A DNA stretch of 64,000 nucleotides from the human T2T-CHM13v2.0 reference genome, Homo sapiens: assembly GCF_009914755.1 (NCBI RefSeq), contig NC_060925.1, one strand, 5' to 3'. This document shows positions 1 to 12,622 of this stretch, piece after piece; position 1 is the stretch's first letter; each line of letters starts with the position of its first letter. The notes beneath the pieces were generated by a model. The model was not told the DNA's origin and did no database searches. It saw only the letters and a list, made by a program, of their open reading frames with translations. The position numbers and the translations under genes are program-made.

Positions 1-1630
1 TGGTTTATACAAAAGTATTGTTTTCAAGACAGTAATGTTGAATTTCTTGTTTTTCAGATGTAGTCAGAATAACACATTATAGAGCAAGTATGTTTCCTGA
101 AAGTGGTTACATAGACCAAGTTGATTGGGGAAAGTTGTAGCTTAATGTGGAAAGTTGTATGCCATTCCTATGGCAAAAATGTTCGTGTGATGTTTTTTCC
201 CATAAGTGTTTCAGAAGGCCAACATTTAATCTTGATGAATTATTGTAACTTTTAAAAATTAATCAAACTAAGATCTTAATAAAATGTGCACTACTCTGTC
301 TGAGTACATTTTGGAAATGCAGTATTAGCACACCCTGATGCATTTTAACAACAGAAAAGGGAGAAACAGACATCAGTCTTGTCATTTTATGAAATTTAGG
401 CAACATACTTCAAGCCTATATACAATGTAAAGTAGTATTTTATGGTTTGTAAGTATTAGAATACGGTTTACCAACAAGGATCTTACATAGCCCCCTTCCT
501 AACTTCATAATCTGTTTCTTGAAACTGTAGGAGTTGTTTTTTTTTTTTCCTCATGTAACTCTACTAATCAGGTTTGTTTTATGAAAGCATTTACTTTTTA
601 TAAGGTCTGTGGAGTCAAGGTATTTGCTCTGAATGCTCGGTATGATTGTTGTTGCATGCTAGCTTGCTTTCTATGTAAATTGATGATGGTAGAATTGTCA
701 TAATAATCTAACCATAATTCTTTCTTCCTTTTTCTCCTTGCCTACTGTGCTTGCTTTTCCCTTGTATGTATTTTGCTTACTTTTTTTTATAGACTTAGTA
801 TTACAAGTTTGAGATATATAATATAGAAAATTTAATAAGAATTTTATAATAAAATGTATATGTAAACCTAACTAAGTAAATATACTAATTCTTAGTGGGG
901 GAGAAAGGTACTACCTTACCCTACTCTTCAAAATCACTACTGGTGATGGGGGGATATTGATATATTCCTAAAGAGGAGGCTTTTTTAATGGTTAAAATTA
1001 ATTTATCTAGGAATAGAAAATAATAGAAAAACAATTGAAACATACTGGGATGCATAATTATATATTTCTTCTTAGTAAATATCTATGAAAAACATGTAAC
1101 CACATCAGAATTAAATTTGATCTAAACTCCAAAATTAAGTTGTGATTTTTATAAATGTATTTTTCTATTGTTATGCTTATCTAAAGTTAGTTTAATAATT
1201 GAGTTCACATAAGATAAATGGGGATGATATACCTATGCATGCATTTATGTCTATAGCATACATATAGGAAGTAAAACTTGGTAAGAATGCTGAGTGACTT
1301 TGGAAAGGCAAGAGTATGTATACCATGCATTAGTGAAGAGTTTCATTATTTATTCAGGTACACTAAGTGAAGCAACATGCCAACATATTTGTATTGCCTC
1401 CTTAATCTCCTAAAATGATTGATCCATGTTCTTTTATGTAACTTTAGAATCTTTCTCCTGCTAGGTTTTCCTGTTGTGTGTTTCTCTTTATCCAAAGTAG
1501 TACAGCTCTTAATTCTTCCTATATTTAGCATCTGTTACGAATTCAGTCTTAGACTAATAGTCAATTTATTTTAATCTTTTTTCTTTTTTCCTTGCACCTT
1601 TTTTATTTTTCTTCCTGATGCTTAAAATAG

Positions 1631-1645
1631 AAGTGGAGCAAAAAG
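1631..1645 (+). CDS. ADGRL2: Lectin-olfactomedin linker microexon: 15 nt (KVEQK) or 12 nt from 1634 (MEQK) via tandem TAG/AAG acceptor
   Basis: Long pyrimidine tract 1575-1616, aaatag|AAG|TGGAGCAAAAAG|gtaaat; phase 1-1. KVEQK is the known latrophilin linker insert. First residue assumes the upstream exon ends in A. Confidence 0.88.
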
Positions 1646-2568
1646 GTAAATAACATACAGTCTGAACCCCAGCTCCCTGTTATGTGCCTTATGGATGTTA
1701 ACCTCCTCCCTCCCCTCTCCCCACAACACTCCTGTATTAAAATAATCAGCAGGATCTCATAAATGCCACCTCATAAGGAAGTCAACTGTTTACAATGAAA
1801 TTGTATGACTGCTAAACCTGGTGATGGGGTAAAAATTCTGAAGTCGGCGAGGGGGATCTGCCCTTTCTCTGTTTCTTTTTTACCCTTTATCTCTTTTTCT
1901 GACACCCTTGGATATTTTCTTATAATTAAAGTGTCATCTTGCCTGGCTTCCAGAACCCTCTCCATAGCATGCCATGGTTACAGGGTCTCCTGATTGTTTC
2001 ATCACTGCTTTTCTTGCATTTACTTTTCTGTGCTCCTAATTGCATTTTCCAAATACTTATGTTCCTCAAATTGAAGCACCTTTGTTTTCAGTCTAACTTA
2101 TGTAAAAGTTCTAAATAAGTCTTCACATTCGGTTTTCTGTTTTATTTGCCTTATTTCATGGTTTTGCTTTTAGGGGCTCATAGGTGAAGTAGGGGGTTGA
2201 AAGGTATAATGTTTGTAATAAAATGAAATATATACTGTTGTGCAAAAGCTCAAACTTTTAAAACATGGGTTAACAGATTATAAGATGAAAACATAGCAAA
2301 AATTTAAATTGTCAGACCACTTATAAATGATCTTAAACTTAGGCTTTTGTTAGTGAAAATAAACATAAACTTCAGTTACTTTGTACCCTGATACACTGAT
2401 TATGCTAACTTTAGAAAAGAAGGGTAGTATTTGTATGAAGTATACATTTTGGTAAAATTGAATGCTAATAATATGAATTTTTCCCTTTTGATTTGTGATC
2501 ACTGAAACTTGTTTGCCTGTGTAATTTTTTAACTTGGCTTAATTTTTGTCTTTCTCTGTAACTGTTAG

Positions 2569-3369
2569 TTTTTGTGTGTCCTGGGACCTTGAAAGCAATT
2601 GTGGACTCACCATGTATATATGAAGCTGAACAAAAGGCGGGTGCTTGGTGCAAGGACCCTCTTCAGGCTGCAGATAAAATTTATTTCATGCCCTGGACTC
2701 CCTATCGTACCGATACTTTAATAGAATATGCTTCTTTAGAAGATTTCCAAAATAGTCGCCAAACAACAACATATAAACTTCCAAATCGAGTAGATGGTAC
2801 TGGATTTGTGGTGTATGATGGTGCTGTCTTCTTTAACAAAGAAAGAACGAGGAATATTGTGAAATTTGACTTGAGGACTAGAATTAAGAGTGGCGAGGCC
2901 ATAATTAACTATGCCAACTACCATGATACCTCACCATACAGATGGGGAGGAAAGACTGATATCGACCTAGCAGTTGATGAAAATGGTTTATGGGTCATTT
3001 ACGCCACTGAACAGAACAATGGAATGATAGTTATTAGCCAGCTGAATCCATACACTCTTCGATTTGAAGCAACGTGGGAGACTGTATACGACAAACGTGC
3101 CGCATCAAATGCTTTTATGATATGCGGAGTCCTCTATGTGGTTAGGTCAGTTTATCAAGACAATGAAAGTGAAACAGGCAAGAACTCAATTGATTACATT
3201 TATAATACCCGATTAAACCGAGGAGAATATGTAGATGTTCCCTTCCCCAACCAGTATCAGTATATTGCTGCAGTGGATTACAATCCAAGAGATAACCAAC
3301 TTTACGTGTGGAACAATAACTTCATTTTACGATATTCTCTGGAGTTTGGTCCACCTGATCCTGCCCAAG
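2569..3369 (+). CDS. ADGRL2: Olfactomedin-domain exon (801 nt, phase 1-1)
   Basis: gttag|TTTTTGTGTGT ... GCCCAAG|gtaagc; ORF 2574-3428 has olfactomedin motifs [31 protein letters not shown]. Confidence 0.97.
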
Positions 3370-6300
3370 GTAAGCGTGTTTACTTGCTAATGCTTATGTC
3401 ATTTTGTGAAAAGCATTTTTCTTTTTAAAGACTTCTTAATTTTTTTTTCCTATTTTCTTCCCCTTTTCATAGTTAAAGGACAAAGGACAATGTTGTGGTA
3501 CATTTTAGCCTTATTATGGTTCGTTTTCTTTTTCTCAATTTCTTCATTTTAATGTTGGCTTCAAGAAATTGTGGCATTATTAGTCAGCTTAAACTTTTTT
3601 CATTGCTAAAAATATAATACTAACCAGAAACCTGTTAGCAGTGTTTTTTTGTTTGGTTGTTTTCCCCTACTTGACTGCTGAATTGATTACAATCTATGTT
3701 CAGACCTTTTAACTTCTTGGCGCCAGTGGTTAAAGGAAACGTGTGTTAGGAAGTCCCAGGAGAATGGCTAGGCTTGATGTACAATGCCAGATATATGCGT
3801 TCTAAAGTTTTGGTGTCTGTTCTCTCAGTAGGAGAGGGAGCCATCCAATATTTTTCTAGATTATCATGTAAAATTACATGTTTTTATTTTCTGATAAATT
3901 AGTGACAGTTTGAAGTCAATATTTCTGTGACTTTAACGATCACATGAACCAAACTTTAAATGATCCCAAGTGATGACTTGTGATGACAGATATGCAAGCA
4001 TTGTGTGATTTGTATTCTCTTTATGGAGGATCATTACTTTAGAAAGTAATGCTAAATTTTTGGAAATATACTTTGGTTTATTAAGTGAGTTCAGTTTTGT
4101 GGGAAATAATTTTTGATGATAAACGAATACTTCATTAAAACAAGATTATCTCATACTCATGATGAAAGAATAATTTGTTAATGTATTATTATAGAGCTTG
4201 CACTGTTTATAAGTCTTCTATTTGAACAGTGTTTGTTTAAGATCTGAATATCCTAATTTACTGAGTTAATCTTGAAATTATTGCATTATTTCAAAATTTT
4301 AGGAACTAGAAAGTTCTTTGGAGTGATTAAATTAATATCCTCAATAGGGTGGGGCAGAGACTAATATATTTTTTCTTCTCTTAAAGCAATGCAAGTACAC
4401 ACACTTAAATATGTTCATAACAAACACATACCCATACATATTTTAAGATATGCTGTTAATCAGTTTTAAATATTGTCATACGGTCAGGACCTCAAAAGCA
4501 GAAGTCACAGCTCTTTGTCATGGAATTTCTAATTTGAGTCATTGTAGAATACCAAAATACATGAGTTTTGTTCATATAATAACAATAATGATCCACTGAC
4601 TTAGTGTACATCCCCTTTTTCCCTAAATCAGGTTATGTTTGTATTTTTTGGCTTATAGTTGTAGCAGTAATGTTCATTGTTAAATTTATAACAATGAAAT
4701 CTTCTTTTAGGGCATATAATTTTATTGATAGTATCTTAGAATCATTTATTTAAAAATGTATACATATGTTTGCTCATGAGGCAGCAGTTTGGTTTGTTTC
4801 ATCTATTTCAATTGTTTTTCCAAAAGCTGCTACTACAATAGTGCTTCTTTATCCTATAGGTTTGTCAAAAGGCAAACTTAAGGCATTGACAGACTTGTAT
4901 TGGCATTGGCTAAAATTGTATTGATCCTTATGTTAACCTTTTTGTAGCCTGTATTAGTCTCACAGTTGTTAGATTTGTCTTGGGTAGCAGTAAATTTTTT
5001 GTCATCCTCAGAAAAAAAAGAAAGAAAAAAAATGTTTTACAAATTGCAAATTCATAATCAGGCAACAACCTGAAGAATTGTGAATAAAGTTGAGTATAAT
5101 TCAGTTCAACAAATAAAAACATTACCCATCTACTTGCCACAAAGTACTTCAGCAAATACAAAGATGGTTAGTAATGTCATCCTCCACATGTGTCATATAT
5201 TCTAGCAAATAATTTGATCCATTTCAGATGAAAAGTCTTTGATAGTTTAGATGCTTTTGGAAAGAGCAGTTAACAGCCTTGAAAATGAGAAGCTTCGGCA
5301 GATGTAGCAACTGTATGTTCCTACAACTATGGTTTGTCATCCAAAATAGCCATTCTTTATAAATAGTCCCAGAACATGAAAATTCATATTGACCCCTTAT
5401 TCAGCCCTTAGTGATGAAAAGTATTATCTGACCTAAATTTCTCTCACTGCTGTTTGACCCATATTCATTCTCTCTCTCTCTCTCTCTTTGTAATTTATAT
5501 TATGCATTTAGAGACTCCCTTCTCTCTGATCCAAGATGTGTGCTACCTATATGCATGTAGGTGGGGTCTTGCAGAACTATTCTGGCCCACAAATTTAGGT
5601 CAAACCAATAAGCCACTGTCAGCTTTCCAGAAACAAGATCCAAGAAACTGATAGAACAGAGCAATCAGAGAAATGAGGTCTTTTGCCTGTCATAAAGTAG
5701 TGATTGATTTATTTTGCTGAAATTCGTAGTTCAGGTCATCTGTGCTGGATTTGCTATCACATATATGGCCAAGGCATAAATTGTGCTGTAAAATTATCCA
5801 TTCGTTTTTTTTCATTATCTATGTCATTTTTCATTGTGGACTGTTTAATAATATATTAGCTTCAATACTTTTTCCCATTTATAAATCCAAGCCTTTTCAT
5901 TCCTAAAAGCACACGCATATTATTTTTGTGCCTTAATCTTTTTTTTTTTTTTTTTGGTGAGTTTTGAGCTCTGTGTGATCCCTGCATAGTTCATTTGCTC
6001 CACTCCCCTAAACGAGGTCTGTTTTTCCTGTTTCACCTTCTCCCTCTCTGGAATGGCCTTAGGAAAAACACTTTCCAGTCCTGTTTTAACTCTTTTCCAT
6101 TTCTTAATCTGGATTGCTTTATATTTACTTAATCTGTCTGCACATGTGATATCCCAAATATTATAAAGAAAATGATGTGTTTTTACTTGGCTTTTGGCAG
6201 TTCCTCAACATTTGGGTTAGACTAATTAATGATGTGATACACTTCTGTAATACCAGGAAAAAATTTTTATAAAGAGAGCCATTTTGTTTATATATAGCAT

Positions 6301-7058
6301 AGAATTCATACTTCCGGAAATACCTTTTCACCGATAAAGAATGCTGTATAAAAGATGATCAGTGTTTTTAGACAGTGAACAGGGGCAAGTTGAATAGGTG
6401 CTCGTTTTTGCTTTACCAAGCTACAGAAACTCTAGAGTTCATTTCGTGAACAGTGGGTGAGGGTGAATTCTTGGACCTCAGTGAGGAGAATATTACCCTT
6501 AGCATAAATGTCTATTGTCTTCAAACCCTTTCATGGAGGAAAACCCTGGTAATCAATAGAAGTTCTTAGTACATAACCAGAGTAAACTGAACCATTCTGT
6601 ATGTGTTAGTTAAAATCTTCATGGATACTTATTAAGCATGTTTATTAGCATCATTTCTTAGGTATTTTGTTTCTACTCAAATGATAAATGGTAGGTAGAA
6701 TCCTAAGTCAGTGCATGAGTGCATGATACGGCATCCGGATAAATAGAGCTCTATAAAAAAGGGTTTGGATTAGAGTCATAATTCTATTGTGAGTTGTGTT
6801 TTCTATTATTATTTATAGGATATTCTTGAGTTTTGAACCTTTTGCCATGTTTCATTATGGAACTTCTCATTGTTTGTTATTCTAGTCTTATGCTTTCTTT
6901 CCAAATTGTTATTCTTTTAGAGATTTACACAGAACACCATGTCAGTTAAATGTTCCCAGATAACTGCAAGGTTACTTGTTGGATACCGTATTTTTCTAGA
7001 GTCTATGAAAATCTGTAACTAGGCAAGTAAGATCATAGCATTTAAGAGTATGGGAAAG

Positions 7059-7225
7059 TGACCTTAAACAAATTACTTATCTTCATCGTTCAGTTTCCTT
7101 ATCTGTAAAAGGAAGATAATTATAGTACCTACTTCATGGAGTTGTGGTAAGGATTAAATAAGATGATCTGATTATCCATGAATGGTGATTGGCATAGCAC
7201 CTAGCACATAAATGCTAAATCAACG
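7059..7225 (+). mobile_element. MIR fragment
   Basis: Core cagtttccttatctgtaaaaggaagataattatagtacctacttcatggagttgtggtaaggattaaat. Confidence 0.75.
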
Positions 7226-7534
7226 TACACTTTTATCATTACCAGATGCCCTATTTGGGCCATTTCCACCTGTGGAAATAAATAATAATTTTTAGAAATA
7301 TATCTGCATTTCTAGCCTTCACATGAGGAAAAAAAGTTGCTTTTCTTCTGGTATTGCTAAACTTAAACCTTCCAAAATTCCAGAAATTCTATGTGTACCT
7401 CTAAAAGATTTAGTTTTGTCACTTAAGCTTTATGATCATGTTTATTTTCATGATATCCCAATATTTCACTGATTTATTTTTGAAGAATAAGTTGATTCCC
7501 TTTAATCTATTTTGGTGATCAAAAGGTAAAAAGT

Positions 7535-7918
<384 letters not shown>

Positions 7919-9786
7919 TTAATTGAGGTCCTTTTAATGTCTACCTTGACTCGGTTATTATGAATCTCAACTAATGCTTAGCTAACAAATCACTAATTGT
8001 AGTATTAATACATATTTCAGTGATTAAATATGTGCTAGTTAGTACAGTGTCAAGGGATATATCAGGTAGTGTAGCGCTCAAGCATTTTGCTCTGCCCCCT
8101 TCTTTTTTCTGTTCTGATTCCCGACTCCCCTTTAAGACTTGATTCAGCAGCAGTCATTTGACACTTCTGCAAAAGATTGTGATGCTTTTGACAAATGTTA
8201 ATTGAGAAAGCACTGAAAGCCTGGCTGCATTGTAATCAAAAGAAAATTACAGAGGTTTAACAAGATGTCAAGCAAGTGCTTTAAAGAAAAGATAGACAGG
8301 TTTGAATAGGTTTCTGCAGCAGCTGGCTAGGCATGATGTTTGACTGATGTACATAGGCATCTCTCATATGGTCAATAAATTATGCCCTGGAAATAAAACA
8401 CATGCTTTAGAAGTTTCTCTTGAGGTAGAGGGGGGGAAAGGAATAAAACGTGTATAGTGTACTTACTGGTAACAAGAAGTATGTAACTACTAAAGAACTA
8501 GAAACATGTCACACTACTTTTTCGTAGTTTACTGTCAGTAGTGTCAGAATTAATAAAGAAAGATTGATGGACCAGAGAGCTTAAAATAGTAAACATATCA
8601 GTGATAATATGAACTTGTTTTCTAATAAATTCTAATATTCTAGCTTATTATCTCATGTGTAGATAAAGTGTAAAATAAGTTGATTTTATTAAGATGATTT
8701 GAAAACATAGCTATTTTTCATTTGCTCTACTACAACAATTTAAATTGAAGGCATCATATATGTAAGGTTTTAAGAGCCAATAATCTGTAAATGTTGATAC
8801 AACTTTTGTGTGATTTCCTCCAACAGTTTTTAAGTGGTAGTATTAAATTTTTACTGACAGATTTTTGTTGTTGTTTAAATTAATTCAGTGGTAATTAATG
8901 GAAGAAACATTGAGCTCCACTATTTCTTAAACCTAGTGGATTTAACAGTTTAGTAACATTGGAAGGCAAAAATAACCTTTGAAAATAATGAAAACATTTT
9001 TGCTTTTAAATGTGTAACGATAGTTCTTTTAAATTCTCTGTTAAGGGTGACTAAGATATGAAGGGTTGGTTTGAATTAGGCATGATTTGATCTGATGCTT
9101 TATCTTGGTAAGAGATTCCACCTCTGACTGGAACTAGCTGCTTCTTCATACCTACCTTTTTCAAGGTAACGATGCCGAAGCCTGAGATGTTTCCTTAATA
9201 AAACAGCGCAAGCATGCCAAGCTTATCTTCTGTTTGGATCTAATCAGGCATGCTGATCATGCTCAGGCAAGAACGGCTGCTGGGTGGAAAGATGTCACAG
9301 TATTTATTTTCTTGCAATATGTAAAGTGGGTGACTTTAAATTTTTTTATCATCCTAATTACATATAATCATCACAGTTTTGTTAATGCTTTGAATTTGAT
9401 TGCTTATAGAATGTGAGTTTATACAATAGAATTTTTCTAAATTAAACTGTCCCACATTTCCTGTTAAACAGTATGTGATGAAATTATACTTAAACTGTAC
9501 TATCACATATTTCATTGAGAAATAAACTTAAGAGTCATACAGCAAACACTATAGTAAAGCCTAAACTACCTACTTTCTCTTAGCCATCAGTATAAATAAA
9601 TTGGAACAGATGAAAAGATGTATTCTTACGAGCGATATTGTCAGTAATTCTCATTTCCTTGGTTTGTGGGCAGACAGATGGGTAGGGTTTTGTGTGTGTG
9701 TGTGCATGCACACATTCCATGTGTGCACGACTGTATGTGAGTGCAAGTGTGTGTTTGAGATTAATATACTCATCTTTTTTCCATAG

Positions 9787-10080
9787 TGCCTACCACAGCT
9801 GTGACAATAACTTCTTCAGCTGAGCTGTTCAAAACCATAATATCAACCACAAGCACTACTTCACAGAAAGGCCCCATGAGCACAACTGTAGCTGGATCAC
9901 AGGAAGGAAGCAAAGGGACAAAACCACCTCCAGCAGTTTCTACAACCAAAATTCCACCTATAACAAATATTTTTCCCCTGCCAGAGAGATTCTGTGAAGC
10001 ATTAGACTCCAAGGGGATAAAGTGGCCTCAGACACAAAGGGGAATGATGGTTGAACGACCATGCCCTAAGGGAACAAGAG
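9787..10080 (+). CDS. ADGRL2: Ser/Thr/Pro-rich stalk and start of HRM domain (294 nt, phase 1-1)
   Basis: ccatag|TGCCTACC ... ACAAGAG|gtattt; VPTTAVT...[30 protein letters not shown]. Confidence 0.96.
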
Positions 10081-10615
10081 GTATTTTCTATAAACTACCA
10101 TGCATACATTTTTCAATTTAGTAAGTAGGTTCTGTATTACAGTGAAGTGATTTTATTCAAAGAAAGCGATGTTTACAGTAGCTAACTTTATTTTTGTACT
10201 TTGGTAATATAACATCTATGGACAAAGTTTTTTAAACTGTAAAAGTCATTTAAGATCAGGCACTATAAATTACCTCTCCCTTTCAGAGACCTAGGTCAAG
10301 CCTGAGATTTTTGCCCCAAGACTCTAGTGAGTCTTCCTTACAGCTGCCTTTCTCATTATAAGCATCACTTTGGATGAATCCCAAGAAAATTAAGGGTTTT
10401 TGTTTGTTTGCTATAAATATATGATATTTCTATGCTGACTTCATATTTACCATTTATAATCTGCATTATACCCTACTTTTTGTCACTTATTGTCAAATAC
10501 TTGCATTAGAGTTTATTCAAAATTTAACACGCAGAGCAGGATCATCATAGCTGATTCCCGAATGCATGCAGAAAAATGGTTTCAATTTCACTGTTGTTTT
10601 CTACATCTGTTGTAG

Positions 10616-10719
10616 GAACTGCCTCATATCTCTGCATGATTTCCACTGGAACATGGAACCCTAAGGGCCCCGATCTTAGCAACTGTACCTCACACTGGGT
10701 GAATCAGCTGGCTCAGAAG
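10616..10719 (+). CDS. ADGRL2: HRM domain exon (104 nt, phase 1-0)
   Basis: tgtag|GAACTGCC ... CAGAAG|gttggt; [35 protein letters not shown] (not in ORF track). Confidence 0.95.
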
Positions 10720-11554
10720 GTTGGTTGGAACCTTTTAATATGACACATTGGTGATTTAGGGCATTAACTTCTAACATAAATAATTTAGCTTTGTGTGTTA
10801 AAACCAGCTTTATTGCTCTTTGTTCAGTATAAAAGTAAAAAAAAATTACGCATAGTTTTGTCTGTAAACTGTTTATTGAAAGTTACATATGTTTGGGGGT
10901 ATCCTGTTCTCTATGTTAAGCTTTTTAGTGAGTAATGCTTGTTAATTTCATTCATATTTAGTTCTGTTTCTTTTGATGTTCATAAGACAAAATGCATTCG
11001 CCGATTAAATAAAATATCATTAAGTTTACAACTGAATCCACAGAATGCAAGCAGATGTTTATATCACACATGATTATGGTAGAATGAGTAAACTACTTTA
11101 AAAGGCATTAGTAACTTTAATATTGCAGTGTAATGCAATGCCATTTTTTCTCCTCCTTCATCTACCTTTATGACGAATAAACATCAGATAATAACCCTCA
11201 GTATCATGCTGATTACATACTGACTTAAATTCTGGATCATTGGAATAAATAAGACTTTAAAATAACAATTTTAAATGGTAGCAGTGAAATGAGAGAACTG
11301 GCTGAAATTTTTGAGAAAGGATTTTTTTTCCTTTTTATTTCTTTTAAATGCCTGGTTCAGAATTGTGTGTGTGTGTGTGTTGATAATCTAAGAGCCTTGA
11401 AACTTCTAAGACGAAGGGAAAGTCATCAGTCTCAATTAGTTGGAGAATTTAACATTCGCAAATTTTTTTCACCACAATAAAGATACTCAAGGAGAACTAG
11501 AAGCTGTAAACAGAAAAAAAAATTTAAATGAGATAATACAAATTGTTTTTTCAG

Positions 11555-11740
11555 ATCAGAAGCGGAGAAAATGCTGCTAGTCTTGCCAATGAACTGGCTA
11601 AACATACCAAAGGGCCAGTGTTTGCTGGGGATGTAAGTTCTTCAGTGAGATTGATGGAGCAGTTGGTGGACATCCTTGATGCACAGCTGCAGGAACTGAA
11701 ACCTAGTGAAAAAGATTCAGCTGGACGGAGTTATAACAAG
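11555..11740 (+). CDS. ADGRL2: GAIN subdomain A exon (186 nt, phase 0-0)
   Basis: tttcag|ATCAGA ... AACAAG|gtagag; [18 protein letters not shown]...AGRSYNK. Confidence 0.96.
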
Positions 11741-12583
11741 GTAGAGAGAACTCTTCTGTTATTTTGAATTAGACACTTGGTATGGCAGCTCTTTCTTGTC
11801 TTATAGCAGTTGAGAGCCAAATCTTTGGCCCCGGGACATATACTTAGAAGCAAAATTTCTAATTTGGTTCATTTTTCCAAGGAAGAATTACAGTTGAGAA
11901 AAGAGCAATGTGCCCTGCCCTCCCAAAAGAGTGTAAATGATGTTAATTACCTGAGAGAGATCTTAGTTGGTGGCAAACTTTATCTATCTGATTGTGGTCA
12001 ATACTGTAAGTTTATAATGCATTATCTGCACTTGGAGAGATTATATGTTATACAGTTGATATACTTTATATGCTAATACATGGAACTCTTATAGTTGCAG
12101 CAAAATTTTGACACATATAGGAATATTAGACACTGACATATTTCTTTCAATGGCAGCTTTTGGAAGAAGGACAAGTTGCCGTCTCCAGGAATATATTGTT
12201 ATCAGTGCCATTAATTTTTCCTATTATGACAAAAGTTGGATTGCTACTTTTCATCACACTATAAGTGTTTATATTAGGTTCATAGGAACCCAAAATCTGT
12301 GCCTAATGTGGTTCTACCTGGTTAAAAAATTGACTTTTTTTTTACTGCAGTATATATTTTGTCTCTTTTTGTCAACATATTTTAGATTAGTATACTTCAT
12401 AAAATAGAATAAAAAACTGTAAATAAGCAGTTTTGGTAGTCAGTGCAGACTCAGACTCCAGAGGACTACTGCATATAAACTTCGAGCTCTGGAACACCAG
12501 CTTAATTTTTGAGGATTTCTTCTTTCCTCATTTTCAGCAGATAAAAATCTAACCTCTGATTTTTCTTTTCTTTTACTTAAAAG

Positions 12584-12622
12584 CTCCAAAAACGAGAGAA
12601 GACATGCAGGGCTTACCTTAAG
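12584..12622 (+). CDS. ADGRL2: 39-nt cassette exon in GAIN A, LQKREKTCRAYLK
   Basis: Pyrimidine tract then aaag|CTCCAA ... CTTAAG|gtatct; phase 0-0; peptide typical of latrophilins. Confidence 0.9.

Noticed and set aside
3370-3428. ORF extensions past exon ends (also 10081-10121, 44307-44387, 46625-46818, and 49913-49985 upstream of the last exon)
   Set aside because: Canonical splice sites mark the real boundaries and the extensions read as low-complexity intron; intron-retention isoforms cannot be supported from sequence alone
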